64,000 nt of DNA from Thermoanaerobaculia bacterium (GTDB lineage: Bacteria; Acidobacteriota; Thermoanaerobaculia; Multivoradales; J023): the NCBI GenBank assembly GCA_028066595.1, contig JALCBJ010000016.1:23085-87084 (forward strand). The letters are read 5' to 3'. The notes beneath the pieces are model-generated. The model made no database searches. It worked only from the letters and a program-made list of their open reading frames with translations, and had not been told where the DNA came from. The number at the start of each line of letters is the position of its first letter. Within the stretch, counting starts at the first letter, position 1. Of this stretch, positions 18,711 to 27,726 are shown in pieces. Both the position numbers and the translations under genes were made by a program.

Positions 18711-19540
18711 CGGTCGTTCCCGCGGCCGCAGCCAGCAGACGCCGCGTGACGGCGTGTTCGGGCCGAGAGAACAAGGCTTCGGTCGCTCCCCGCTCCACGA
18801 TCTGGCCGGCTTCCATGATCGCCACGGACTCACAGGTTTGGTAGACCACGGCCAGGTCGTGCGTCACGAGGAGAAGGGTCAGCCCCAGATCGTGTCGCAG
18901 TGTCTTCAGTAGCTCGAGAATCTGCGCCTGCACGGTAACGTCGAGAGCCGTTGTGGGTTCATCGGCTACCAGCAAATCCGCTCCCGCCGCTAGCGCCATG
19001 GCGAGCATGACCCGCTGAAGCTGGCCACCGGAAAGCTCGTGAGGGTAGCTACGCCAGCGCCGTGCCGCATCTGGCAACGCAACGCGTTCCAGCCACTCGA
19101 CGCCGGTTCGATAGGCCTCCCGGCGGGTCCGACGCCGCCCCTCAGGACCGCGTTGCCGCAACACCTCGAGCAACTGGGTTCCAATCCGTAAGACCGGATT
19201 GAGCGCGGCGGACGGTTCTTGAAACACCATCGCCAGTCTGCGTCCTCGGACCCGCCTCCAAGAATCTCCGGTACCAGATGGCGGCAGCTCGATTCCGTCG
19301 ATGCGAACCAGGCCGGCGGTTCTTCGCACACCTCTCGGTAGGGCGCCTAGAATCGCCAGGCAAGTCAACGTCTTGCCACAACCCGACTCGCCAACCAGCG
19401 CCATGGCTTCGCCTCGCTGCATGGTCAGGTCGATGCCCCGTACGATAGCCGCTCCAGAGACATGCGGAGAGGAAGCCTCCGACTCGCACCGGATCGTCAG
19501 GTCCGAGACTTCGAGCAGCGGTGGGATACCTGAAGGTCTT
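18703..19540 (-). CDS. Dpp/Opp-type ABC transporter ATP-binding protein (DppD/OppD-like)
   Basis: Core LLEVSDLTI...GEAMALVGESGCGKT (Walker A), LSGGQLQRV, LLVADEPT, and a C-terminal FSRPEHAVTRRLL oligopeptide-ABC motif. The track ORF (to 20574) is over-extended antisense through the divergent gene. No canonical start codon lies within 30 codons upstream of LLEV, so the start is uncertain. Confidence 0.6.
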
Positions 19541-19716
19541 GCCCCGATTTCTCGACGGGATTCGTGGCGGCTGGGAATGGCTGTCGATCCGGGAGTCGTG
19601 CAGGTTCCTCGAGATCCGATCCGAGGCCGAAGGACTCTGCGGATGTTATACGGTTGTACTTCGTAGGTTCTCGAACGATCCGTCACACACACCTTCCTGA
19701 GAGGCATCGAGAGGTC

Positions 19717-21780
19717 ATGTCCGTGTCTGCCTTGGATCAGCTCTGCCGAGGCTCCTTTGCATTCCTCAAGCCCGAACCAACAGAGATCCGGCGGGTAGTA
19801 CCGCAGATCGACGAGATCGTCCCACAGCCGCAGAAGATCTACCTCAAGGACGAATCGGCAACGCCGTTGGTGGGATTCCCGATCGCCCAGGGCCGGACAC
19901 TGGAAAAGCTCGAGCAGCGATTCCTCGCCTATGTCGATGCCGAGATCGAAGTGCAGGTGGCGTACCACACCCGCGCAAGCTTCGATTCCAAGGCCTACGC
20001 GCGGATCTGGGAGAGCTACCGGTCTTTCCTGGATCAGGTGCTCGACAACGCCACCGTGTCGAGTGTCGGACGCGACTATGTCGGGGTCTTTTGGCTGCAT
20101 CACTCCGACACGGTCTGCCGTGCCATATGCGATATCCCTCGGGGCCTCCGGCGGGACCATTCGGTCGTCGGACGCGAGCACGGCAACGACATCAAGTACA
20201 AGGTCTACTTCAAGTGGATCGATCGGATCACCACGCTGACCTACGACATCGCCCACCGACTCGCGCCCGAGATGGAGGTGGGTGAAGACGAGCTCTTCCC
20301 TGGCTTGCTGGCGTTGATGCGGGACAACGTCTTGGTTTTCACCGAAGACTACGTTTCCCCCGATCTGACCGAGCTGTCCAGCTATTTCTCCGGCTGCCTG
20401 AAGATCGATGCGCGTGACCTGAAACAGCGGGTCAAAGCACTCGACTCCTGGCACGACCGCCTTCTCCGCACCGATGCCACCGTACGAGCCGCAGCGGAGA
20501 TCGCTGGCGCCGCAGAGCCGGATCCCGCGCAGGTCCTGATGCGGAAGGGTTGGATGACATTCCTGTCCCGCCATCCGCGTTGGAACGGCGATACGTTCCC
20601 AACCGACGCTCAGATACAGGTCTGGGAAGGCCTTCTCGACAAAATCAAGGAATTCGAGATCCTGGTGGCTATGCGAAAGATGCTCCTACCCCTGGAACGC
20701 GAGGGGGAGAAGCTTCTGGCAAGGCAACGAAACACCAACGCAACCTGGGTCGGTCCACCAGAGCTCGAGCTCTCACCGGTGACCCGACCGGTGGACTTCG
20801 GTTTGCCCTGGGTCGTCAACCCCGTCGTGCAGCGGTACGGACTTGTCTACGACATCACGGATTTCTCGTCCACGCTATCGATGTTGGGTAGAGCGGAGAG
20901 AACGGCCTTGGATCAGGCGTTTCGGCTTTCCGCGCAGTTCCAACGCAGGGTCAACAGTCTGGCTTCGAGTTTGAGTCTGAAGTTGGAAAAGTACCTGGGC
21001 GACGGGGCGTTCTATTCGGGAAGGAACCCTCGGAGAATGCTCGCGCTCGCGATACACATTCAGCGTCTCTACCCGGAGTTCGTCGATGAGCGCAGTTATC
21101 CGTTCGACCGCGGTCTACGCATCGCGCTCAATTTCGGCGAGTACAGACTGTTGCCACTGGAGCCCGACAGTAGGGGAGGAGAGCCCCGCTACGAGTTCTT
21201 CGGCCACGGCCTGGTCGAGCTGTCCCGACTGACGACCGGCAAGAAAACGCAGGAAGTAGAGGCATTCAAGACCTATCTGGTGTCGCAGGGATACTCCGAC
21301 ACTGCCGTCAACCAATTCTTCGGTCCGATGTTGCAGCGGAACCAGGATCTGGTTTCGAAGATCGACGAAGCGCGCCGATTCTTCGCGTATATCAACCAGA
21401 CCTCGACACTGATCAACGAAGGCCTGGTCGCGACGGAGCCCTTTCTCGCCGATCTCGGCGCCTTCGAAACGATGTACTACGCTCGGCAGCACGGGCGCGG
21501 GTTCATCGGCTTCCACCTCGAGGAAGGCGGGCACAGCTTCCTGGTGGGCGTACGCAAACTGGGACTAGCCAAGTTCAAGGGACTCGAAACCAGCCCGGTC
21601 TTCGAGGTCGTCGACGGCAGCCATTGGGATCACGATGCGCTCAAAGAGATCCCGAGTCAACCTCTGCTCAATCACCTCGAACGCCTCTTTGCCAAGACTG
21701 TCGAAGCCAAGAAGCAGGCGGCCTCCTCGCAGCTCGACGACACTGGTACCGCTCCTCAGGATGCGCTGGTCGATGGCTGA
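19717..21780 (+). CDS. uncharacterized 687-aa protein with cryptic class-III nucleotidyl-cyclase-like (palm) core
   Basis: Start MSVSALDQL. Residues about 440-570 match the adenylate/guanylate cyclase homology-domain pattern: YDITDFSS (F.DI.GFT metal-Asp block), KYLGDGAFYSG (k.iGDaym second Asp), GLRIALNFGEY (l+iGih.G), EFFGHGLVELSRLTTGK (dv.G..VN.AsRl..g). The 430-aa N-terminus and 120-aa C-terminus have no recognizable family. The stop overlaps the purC start by 8 nt (ATGGCTGA). Confidence 0.55.
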   Translation: MSVSALDQLCRGSFAFLKPEPTEIRRVVPQIDEIVPQPQKIYLKDESATPLVGFPIAQGRTLEKLEQRFLAYVDAEIEVQVAYHTRASFDSKAYARIWESYRSFLDQVLDNATVSSVGRDYVGVFWLHHSDTVCRAICDIPRGLRRDHSVVGREHGNDIKYKVYFKWIDRITTLTYDIAHRLAPEMEVGEDELFPGLLALMRDNVLVFTEDYVSPDLTELSSYFSGCLKIDARDLKQRVKALDSWHDRLLRTDATVRAAAEIAGAAEPDPAQVLMRKGWMTFLSRHPRWNGDTFPTDAQIQVWEGLLDKIKEFEILVAMRKMLLPLEREGEKLLARQRNTNATWVGPPELELSPVTRPVDFGLPWVVNPVVQRYGLVYDITDFSSTLSMLGRAERTALDQAFRLSAQFQRRVNSLASSLSLKLEKYLGDGAFYSGRNPRRMLALAIHIQRLYPEFVDERSYPFDRGLRIALNFGEYRLLPLEPDSRGGEPRYEFFGHGLVELSRLTTGKKTQEVEAFKTYLVSQGYSDTAVNQFFGPMLQRNQDLVSKIDEARRFFAYINQTSTLINEGLVATEPFLADLGAFETMYYARQHGRGFIGFHLEEGGHSFLVGVRKLGLAKFKGLETSPVFEVVDGSHWDHDALKEIPSQPLLNHLERLFAKTVEAKKQAASSQLDDTGTAPQDALVDG

Positions 21781-22669
21781 AACCGCACTCGCATGGTCGA
21801 GCTTTCCAATTCTCGGCGAGCCAAGGCGGGGAAAGGTCCGTGATGTCTACGACCTCGGTGACACGCTGCTGATCGTCGCCTGCGACCGCATCTCGGCCTA
21901 TGACCATGTCCTCCAGCCGGCGATCCCCGGCAAGGGCAAAGTGTTGACCCAGCTGAGCAACTTCTGGTTCGAGCGGCTCGCGGACATCGTGCCTCATCAT
22001 CTTCTGGCAACCGAGCCCGACGACTTTCCGGACGTGGCGAGGCCCTACGCCGACGAGCTTCGTGGGCGAGCGGTGTGGGTTCGGAAGACCGAAGTCGTGC
22101 CGTTCGAATGTGTGGCCCGCGGCTATCTCGCGGGAAGCGCGTTCAGCGAGTACTCAGAGACCGGACGCACCTGCGGTATCGAGCTGCCCCGCGGGCTGCG
22201 ACGCGCCGAACGGCTACAGGAACCGATCTTCACTCCGGCCACGAAAGCCGAGTCCGGTCACGACGAGAACGTAGAATTCGTCACGCTGTTGCGAGGCGTC
22301 GGCGAAGACCTCGGAATCCGTCTTCGCGACACGACGCTGGAGATCTACTCCGTAGGGCGCGATCACGCCTCGAAACGTGGACTTCTGCTCGCCGATACCA
22401 AGTTCGAGTTTGGGCAGTTGGACGACACCCTGTACTTGATCGACGAGGTTCTGACCCCCGACTCTTCACGCTACTGGGATGCCGACGGGTGGAAACCAGG
22501 GACCGAGCCGGCGTCCTTCGACAAACAATACGTCCGGAACTGGCTCGACGCCGAGGGCTGGGACCACGAATCGACGCCGCCGGAGCTGCCGGAGGAGGTC
22601 GTTCGTGGGACACTGGAGCGCTACGTCGAGGCGTTCCGTCGGATCACGGGTCACGATCCCGAGCTGTAG
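21773..22669 (+). CDS. purC: phosphoribosylaminoimidazole-succinocarboxamide (SAICAR) synthase
   Basis: Start MAETALAWSSFPILGEPRRGKVRDVYDLGDTLLIVACDRISAYDHV. Long-form PurC motifs are present throughout. Confidence 0.85.
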   Translation: MAETALAWSSFPILGEPRRGKVRDVYDLGDTLLIVACDRISAYDHVLQPAIPGKGKVLTQLSNFWFERLADIVPHHLLATEPDDFPDVARPYADELRGRAVWVRKTEVVPFECVARGYLAGSAFSEYSETGRTCGIELPRGLRRAERLQEPIFTPATKAESGHDENVEFVTLLRGVGEDLGIRLRDTTLEIYSVGRDHASKRGLLLADTKFEFGQLDDTLYLIDEVLTPDSSRYWDADGWKPGTEPASFDKQYVRNWLDAEGWDHESTPPELPEEVVRGTLERYVEAFRRITGHDPEL

Positions 22670-22674
22670 AGACC

Positions 22675-23247
22675 TCAGGCAGCGTCGCCGGACACAGCTT
22701 GTTGGCCGAAGGAGCGGTCGAAGAGTGCCTCGATGGCCTTCTCGCCGTCAGCCGTGAGGTTCCGAGTGCCCGTGCCGCAGAACGCTTTGTGCGGGATCGT
22801 CGGTTCGTCAGGTTGCCAGGAATGATCGATCCAAGTGAACCATTGGTTCCGATCTTGATCGTAGACACTGACGTCCCGATTGAAGAATTTCGCTAGCTCG
22901 ACCGCCCAGCCGGTCCCGCCCTTGACCGTATCGTCGGCTTGGATCCAGCCGATCGCGAAGACGTGCTGGGCCGAGTTGACCATATGGAAGATCGACTGAA
23001 TCACCCGACGAATCTTCTCGGCGCTGCTGTAGGTGCGACCCATGTGGCGCGACACGATCTCCATCGACACGTCACCCTTGGCAAGCTCCGCATCCGATAG
23101 CACCCTGACGTTTGTCTCACGGACCATGGTGTGGCCCTCGAAGCTCAGTGTCACTTCCGGCACGCCGTGGGCTTCTGCGTGGCGGCCGAAGGCCGCCTCG
23201 GCGCCTTTGTGGCCTCCGCTGTAGAGCATGGCGAGAGTACGGTACAT
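22675..23247 (-). CDS. hypothetical protein, possible SLOG/LOG-like Rossmann-fold nucleotide-binding protein
   Basis: Start MYRTLAMLYSGGHKGAEAAFG, preceded by AAGGAG. Weak LOG/SLOG-like motifs: YSGGHKGAE near the N-terminus and CGTGTRNLTADGEKAIEAL near the C-terminus. Assignment is tentative. Confidence 0.4.
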   Translation of the reverse strand: MYRTLAMLYSGGHKGAEAAFGRHAEAHGVPEVTLSFEGHTMVRETNVRVLSDAELAKGDVSMEIVSRHMGRTYSSAEKIRRVIQSIFHMVNSAQHVFAIGWIQADDTVKGGTGWAVELAKFFNRDVSVYDQDRNQWFTWIDHSWQPDEPTIPHKAFCGTGTRNLTADGEKAIEALFDRSFGQQAVSGDAA

Positions 23248-23477
23248 GAAATTCTCCTTGAAGCGGCGGCGTGGGCCGGTGGGGTTCGGGCGCGCTGACG
23301 GTACAGGGCGTGTTGACTGGCTCGACCGGCCGATTATACGCAGCAAGTACCGCGGAAGAGCTTGTTGGTTCGAATCCGGCGCCTCCAGCCGGGCAGGGCG
23401 ATACGCCCGCTTCCTCGTGGCGAATTCCCGCGACCGTCATCCTGAAATGGAGATCGAGCTCTGACGATCAGATCTGG

Positions 23478-24998
23478 CTATCGGTGGGAACGCCCCGTCT
23501 CCGCCGGACTCGACCACCGCTGTCTCACGAGCTCAGAAACACGCTGCCCGAGACCCGCTCCCTCCAAGCCGATGTTCGTGACCACGACGATACCGCGCAT
23601 CGACTCAGGGAAGATCTCGAGCTGAGCGAAGCACGTGCCTGCGCTCCCGGCGTGACCATGTACTCTGCCGTGGCCCGACTCGCTCAGCATCCAACCGCAG
23701 GCGTATGACTCGGTATCGTCGCGCGGTTGATGGAGATAGCGAATCGTTTCGGCTCGCAGAAAGCCATCGCTTCCGGCGAGACCGTTGAGATGAGCGATCG
23801 CGTAGGAGGCCAGGTCGCCGATGGACATGTGAAGGTCGCGTGCAGGCGCCAGATAGGCGCCCAGCTCGGCCTCGGTAAGTGGCTGCGGTCGATACTCGCC
23901 GCCGTCGCTCCGGTGTCCTCTCGGCTCGTTGGATCGTCCGAGCGCTGCAGGCCATCCGGTGCCGGCCCGGGTCATCCCCACGGGACCGAAAACGTGGTCC
24001 TTCAGCAGCGATGCCCACTCCTTGGCCGCAAGCCGTTCCGCCATGTGCGCGACGACCGTGTAGCCCGCATTGGAGTACAGAAACTCGCCGATGTCGCCCG
24101 CTGGTTTCTCAAGGAGTAGCTGCTTTACAAAACGCTCGCGCTGCTCCCCCGGACTCCCAGGGTGCCCTGCCAGGCGTTGTTCTTCCTCCTCATCGACGAC
24201 CGTGTAAGGCGCGAACCCACCACGATGCCTGAGCAGCTGCGCGACGGTCACGCCCCGATAGGCTTCGTTCATCGGAAGCTCTCCCAACACATCCCCGATG
24301 GTGGTTTCCCAGCGGAGGACATCCTGCTCCACGAGCGATCCGATCATCGTCGCCGTGATCGACTTGCTGATCGAGCCTATGTGCCAGCGATCCGTGGGCT
24401 TGATCGGGTCTGCCGAATCCATCGACCGCAGCCCGGCGACGGCGAGATCAACCACTTCACCTCCTTCGATGACCACGGCAGCTAGACCTGGCGCACCGGA
24501 CTCCTTGCGCACCGTCTCGAGCACCGCGGCGAGCGAGACAGTTTGGTTCCGGTCGTCCAATAGCTCGTCTTCCTTTGGAGCCGGAGCCGACGTGGGCGCC
24601 ATCTCCACGTACGCCAGCTTGTGCGGCGCTTCGTCCTGCAGCTTTACTTTCACGCGAAGCCAAAGGCCATCCGAGCCGGCCCGGCATTTCAGCGTCAGAC
24701 TGTCGGACTTCTCTTTCGTGATCACCACCGGTATCAGAAGACCGATCTGCTGGAACATCTGAAGCCGACGCTCCGCGCGAGCGTCGGCTGAGCGTTCTGC
24801 TAGAGCCTTCTCTGATCGATACTTGGCCGCAAAGTCGCGGAGTGTTTCGAAGTCATTCGAATTGAAGGAGTCGATGTACTCGCGAGCGATCTCTGCGGCG
24901 CGTGAGTCGGGCCAGATCAGTTCTCCGGCGGAAACGTGAACGGTGGCGATGAGCGAGCACAGGGTCAAGCAGCAGACGATTCTGCGAATCTGAGTCAT
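23478..24998 (-). CDS. secreted beta-lactamase-fold serine hydrolase (class C / PBP-like) with N-terminal extra domain
   Basis: Signal peptide MTQIRRIVCCLTLCSLIATVHVSA. SxxK motif SISKS. YxN motif YSNAGY. HxG-like motif downstream. About 506 aa. Alternative start at 25010. Confidence 0.7.
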   Translation of the reverse strand: MTQIRRIVCCLTLCSLIATVHVSAGELIWPDSRAAEIAREYIDSFNSNDFETLRDFAAKYRSEKALAERSADARAERRLQMFQQIGLLIPVVITKEKSDSLTLKCRAGSDGLWLRVKVKLQDEAPHKLAYVEMAPTSAPAPKEDELLDDRNQTVSLAAVLETVRKESGAPGLAAVVIEGGEVVDLAVAGLRSMDSADPIKPTDRWHIGSISKSITATMIGSLVEQDVLRWETTIGDVLGELPMNEAYRGVTVAQLLRHRGGFAPYTVVDEEEEQRLAGHPGSPGEQRERFVKQLLLEKPAGDIGEFLYSNAGYTVVAHMAERLAAKEWASLLKDHVFGPVGMTRAGTGWPAALGRSNEPRGHRSDGGEYRPQPLTEAELGAYLAPARDLHMSIGDLASYAIAHLNGLAGSDGFLRAETIRYLHQPRDDTESYACGWMLSESGHGRVHGHAGSAGTCFAQLEIFPESMRGIVVVTNIGLEGAGLGQRVSELVRQRWSSPAETGRSHR

Positions 24999-25120
24999 GT
25001 CGTCCTCCATGGACGGCAGCGCACCTGCAAGACGCGCCACGTGAGTAGGTGGGTGAACGCTGGTGAGCTGTGTTTGCTCGAGTGTCGGTATTCCTGTGTT
25101 GCACACCCCTTAAAATAGAT

Positions 25121-25140
25121 AACACTCATATCTATATCGT
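25121..25140. promoter_or_regulatory. AT-rich candidate operator related to the PadR-proximal palindrome
   Basis: aacactcatatctatatcgttaac lies in a locally AT-rich tract 125-140 nt upstream of the serine hydrolase start. It shares the 10-mer TATATCG(C/T)TA with the palindrome at 26200-26211. Confidence 0.3.
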
Positions 25141-25191
25141 TAACCGAGGTATTTAGACGCACAGCGACCTTCAGGACTCTCCAAGCCCATT

Positions 25192-25785
25192 TCAGTCTTC
25201 CCGCGACAAGCGACCGACCATCCGACCCAGGAACCAAATCAAGAAAAACGAGAGGCCAAAGCCCAGCGGCACCAACCAGTAACCGAGGTGATCGACCATC
25301 TCGGTACTGTCGACATAACCGAGGAACGTCAGTCCATCGCCGGTGGTGATCAACCCGACGTTCTCAGGGAAGATGGGCTTCAGCGAAGCCATGACAAATA
25401 GATAGAACGCCACGAAATAGCCGAATCCCAATGCCAGGGACGCCAAAAGCCTGCTGATCCCCCGCCTTGCGTTCCATTTCAGCAGCTGCCAAAGACTGCG
25501 AATTCCCTCTCCGGGAATGCTGTCGCTGAGAAGCGAATCAGCAACCCATCCCGGCACGAAGGCATCGGGTGATCCCAGCCGCACCATCGCTGCTCTTAGC
25601 CGGTCGATCTCCGAGGCACCGGAGGAATGAACAAGGCTTTCGAGGAGATGGGCTTTGACCTCCATCTGGATGTCCCGCTTCTGCCTGGCGGTCAGAGCCG
25701 AGCACAACGCATCCACCCGCGCAAAGTAGTCCCTCCAGCTCTGAACAGCTTCCTTCTCCAGGAACTCCGGTGCGGCCACGGTCAT
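25192..25785 (-). CDS. HAAS/DUF1700-family membrane protein (PadR partner)
   Basis: N-terminal helical HAAS domain (PEFLEKEAVQSWRDYFARVDALCSALTARQKRDIQMEVKAHLLES), then 3-4 TM helices. The start MTVAAPEF at 25785 overlaps the PadR stop by 4 nt (ATGA). Confidence 0.65.
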   Translation of the reverse strand: MTVAAPEFLEKEAVQSWRDYFARVDALCSALTARQKRDIQMEVKAHLLESLVHSSGASEIDRLRAAMVRLGSPDAFVPGWVADSLLSDSIPGEGIRSLWQLLKWNARRGISRLLASLALGFGYFVAFYLFVMASLKPIFPENVGLITTGDGLTFLGYVDSTEMVDHLGYWLVPLGFGLSFFLIWFLGRMVGRLSRED

Positions 25786-26156
25786 GGGGTCGAGACCCTC
25801 TTGAGAAGCTGATGGATCTGCTCCCAACGATCCTTCATCGCAGCCAGTACTTCACGCCCGCCGGGCTTGATGCTGTAGTACTTGCGAGCTGGTCCCGAGT
25901 CCATGATCTGCCACCGAGACTCGATCAGCCCCTGGCGTTGGAGCCTGCTGAGGAGTGGGTAGATCGTCCCTTCCGCCATGTCACTTCCCAGGTAGTCGCC
26001 GAGGGAGGAGATCAATCGGTAGCCATAGGACTCCCCTTCGCTCAACACGGCCAGCACGAGGTAGACGAGCAAGCCCTTGCGCAGTTGTAGCTGCCAGCGC
26101 TTCAGGAAGAGGTCGTGCGACTCGGGATCGGAGGGAGGATTGGATGACGGTGACAT
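25782..26156 (-). CDS. PadR-family transcriptional regulator
   Basis: Start MSPSSNPPS. Winged-HTH PadR signature LLVYLVLAVLSEGESYGYRLISSL...GTIYPLLSRLQRQGLIESRW...ARKYYSIKPGGREVL. Confidence 0.8.
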   Translation of the reverse strand: MSPSSNPPSDPESHDLFLKRWQLQLRKGLLVYLVLAVLSEGESYGYRLISSLGDYLGSDMAEGTIYPLLSRLQRQGLIESRWQIMDSGPARKYYSIKPGGREVLAAMKDRWEQIHQLLKRVSTP

Positions 26157-26199
26157 GTGAGCGGGATTCAAACATCGTCCGTGAGAATAGAAGGTAGCA

Positions 26200-26211
26200 C
26201 GATATATATCG
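26200..26211. promoter_or_regulatory. perfect 12-bp palindrome CGATATATATCG, candidate PadR operator/promoter element
   Basis: Seen directly: gtagcaCGATATATATCGctatac, about 45 nt upstream of the PadR start codon, in a locally AT-rich tract within a 65% GC genome. Confidence 0.45.
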
Positions 26212-26337
26212 CTATACGAGGTATGGAGCCGGAGTTCTTGTCGTGTGCCGATCCGGGCTCCCCCACTGCAGCCGCACCCTGCTTCGCCCTTCCGCCGACC
26301 GACCAATTTGGTCTGTCAGCGCGAGCTGACGGGTGCG

Positions 26338-27726
26338 TCAGAAGCCAGGCGTCTCGTGCACTCGGTCGAGATTGCGGAACGAGGTGCTTTCGCCGATGAA
26401 CACGAGGTCGATCGTGCCGGTTTGACCGTTACGATGCTTGGCTACGATGAGCTCGGCCAGACCCTTCACGTCCGGATCGTCTTTGTTGTAGATCTCGTCC
26501 CGATAGATGAAGCAGACCATGTCGGCGTCCTGTTCGATGGCGCCCGACTCTCGAAGGTCCGCGAGCTGCGGACGATGATCGCCGGCTCGCCTCTCGGTCT
26601 GACGCGACAACTGGGACAGCGCGACCACCGGAATGTCGAGCTCTTTCGCAAGTTGCTTGAGACCTCGGCTGATGGCGGCGATCTCGAGCTGACGGCTTTC
26701 GTATTTTCCGCCGGCCTGCATCAATTGCAGATAGTCGACGACCAGGAGGGCAATACCGTGTTCGGCACGTAGACGACGGCACTTCGACGCGATCTCCACC
26801 AACGTCGGATTGGGTGTGTCGTCGATGTATAGCGGAGCATGGTCGATGCTACGAATCGTCTCGTAAAGGTGGGTCCATTGCCCCTCGGACAGCTGGCCGG
26901 CACGCAAGTTTCCGAACGGCAGATCCGACTCCGACGCCATGATGCGTTGCGCCAGCTCCTGCTCCCCCATCTCCAACGAGAAGATGGCAGCGGGTCGCTT
27001 GCCGCGGATCGCCACATGCTGCGTCACGTTGATGGCAAAGCTGGTCTTTCCCATGCCCGGACGACCGGCGATGATGATCAGGTTTCCGGCGACGAGGCCC
27101 TGCGTGATGCGGTCCCAGTCGTAAAACCCGGTCTCGAGGCCGATCATGCCGTCGGCCCGTTCCTCCAGACTCGCGACGGTTTCTTCCAGCACGTCGCCGA
27201 GCACCGAGAATCCTCGACGGATGGCTTCTTCGCCCAAGCCCAGAACCATCTTCTCGGCCTCGGCGAGGACGTCCTGCGCTTCCTGTCCGCTTTCGAAGGA
27301 ATCGAATGTGATCTTCTGCGCCGCTTGGATCAGACGACGCCGGATCGAGCGTTCCTTGACGATCTCGACGTAGGATTCGATCCGGCCGAGGTCGGGCAGA
27401 TCGAGGTCGAGGCCCGCCAAATAGGCCATGCCGCCGACCGTGTCGAAAGCATTGCGCAGCTCGAGCTTGCCTTGGAGGGTTCGGAGGTCGATCTCCGTAC
27501 CTTCTTCTTGCAGAACCAGCATGCACTGGAAAATCAGCTGGTGGCGCTCGAGATAGAAGTCCTCCGCCTCCAGGCGGGCCGTGACCACCGGAAGTACGTG
27601 AGGCGAAAGCAGGATCGCCGCGAGCACTGCTCGCTCCGATTCCTCACTATGCGGCAGGGCCTTGGCCCCACCTGGATCTTTCGGTTCCTCACGACGCACT
27701 CGGCGTCTATTCTCGGTCTCGATCAT
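26338..27726 (-). CDS. dnaB: replicative DNA helicase DnaB
   Basis: 462 aa. N-terminal DnaB domain (ESERAVLAAILL), RecA-like core with Walker A GRPGMGKTSFA, and motifs LIVAKHRNGQTG. Confidence 0.92.
   Translation of the reverse strand: MIETENRRRVRREEPKDPGGAKALPHSEESERAVLAAILLSPHVLPVVTARLEAEDFYLERHQLIFQCMLVLQEEGTEIDLRTLQGKLELRNAFDTVGGMAYLAGLDLDLPDLGRIESYVEIVKERSIRRRLIQAAQKITFDSFESGQEAQDVLAEAEKMVLGLGEEAIRRGFSVLGDVLEETVASLEERADGMIGLETGFYDWDRITQGLVAGNLIIIAGRPGMGKTSFAINVTQHVAIRGKRPAAIFSLEMGEQELAQRIMASESDLPFGNLRAGQLSEGQWTHLYETIRSIDHAPLYIDDTPNPTLVEIASKCRRLRAEHGIALLVVDYLQLMQAGGKYESRQLEIAAISRGLKQLAKELDIPVVALSQLSRQTERRAGDHRPQLADLRESGAIEQDADMVCFIYRDEIYNKDDPDVKGLAELIVAKHRNGQTGTIDLVFIGESTSFRNLDRVHETPGF

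Noticed and set aside
19541-20574. N-terminal 340 aa of the 623-aa ORF 18703..20574
   Set aside because: Only the C-terminal about 280 aa (ABC ATPase) are homologous. The extension is antisense to the 687-aa plus-strand gene and to the divergent promoter region.
19717-21780. Pycsar/CBASS-type defence cyclase hypothesis for the cyclase-like protein
   Set aside because: No effector gene (TM, TIR, patatin, nuclease) in an operon with it. It is coupled to the housekeeping gene purC instead. The domain is embedded in a much larger protein than PycC/CD-NTases.
23383-23412. tRNA-like fragment gttggttcgaatccggcgcctccagcc (T-arm GGTTCGAATCC plus acceptor-like 3' strand)
   Set aside because: No complementary 5' acceptor strand (tggaggc) or D/anticodon arms within 100 nt upstream, and it does not end in CCA. 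It is not identical to the 3' end of tRNA-Leu at 14171-14257, so it is not an att duplication of that tRNA. Possibly a decayed tRNA remnant. Cannot be supported as a gene.
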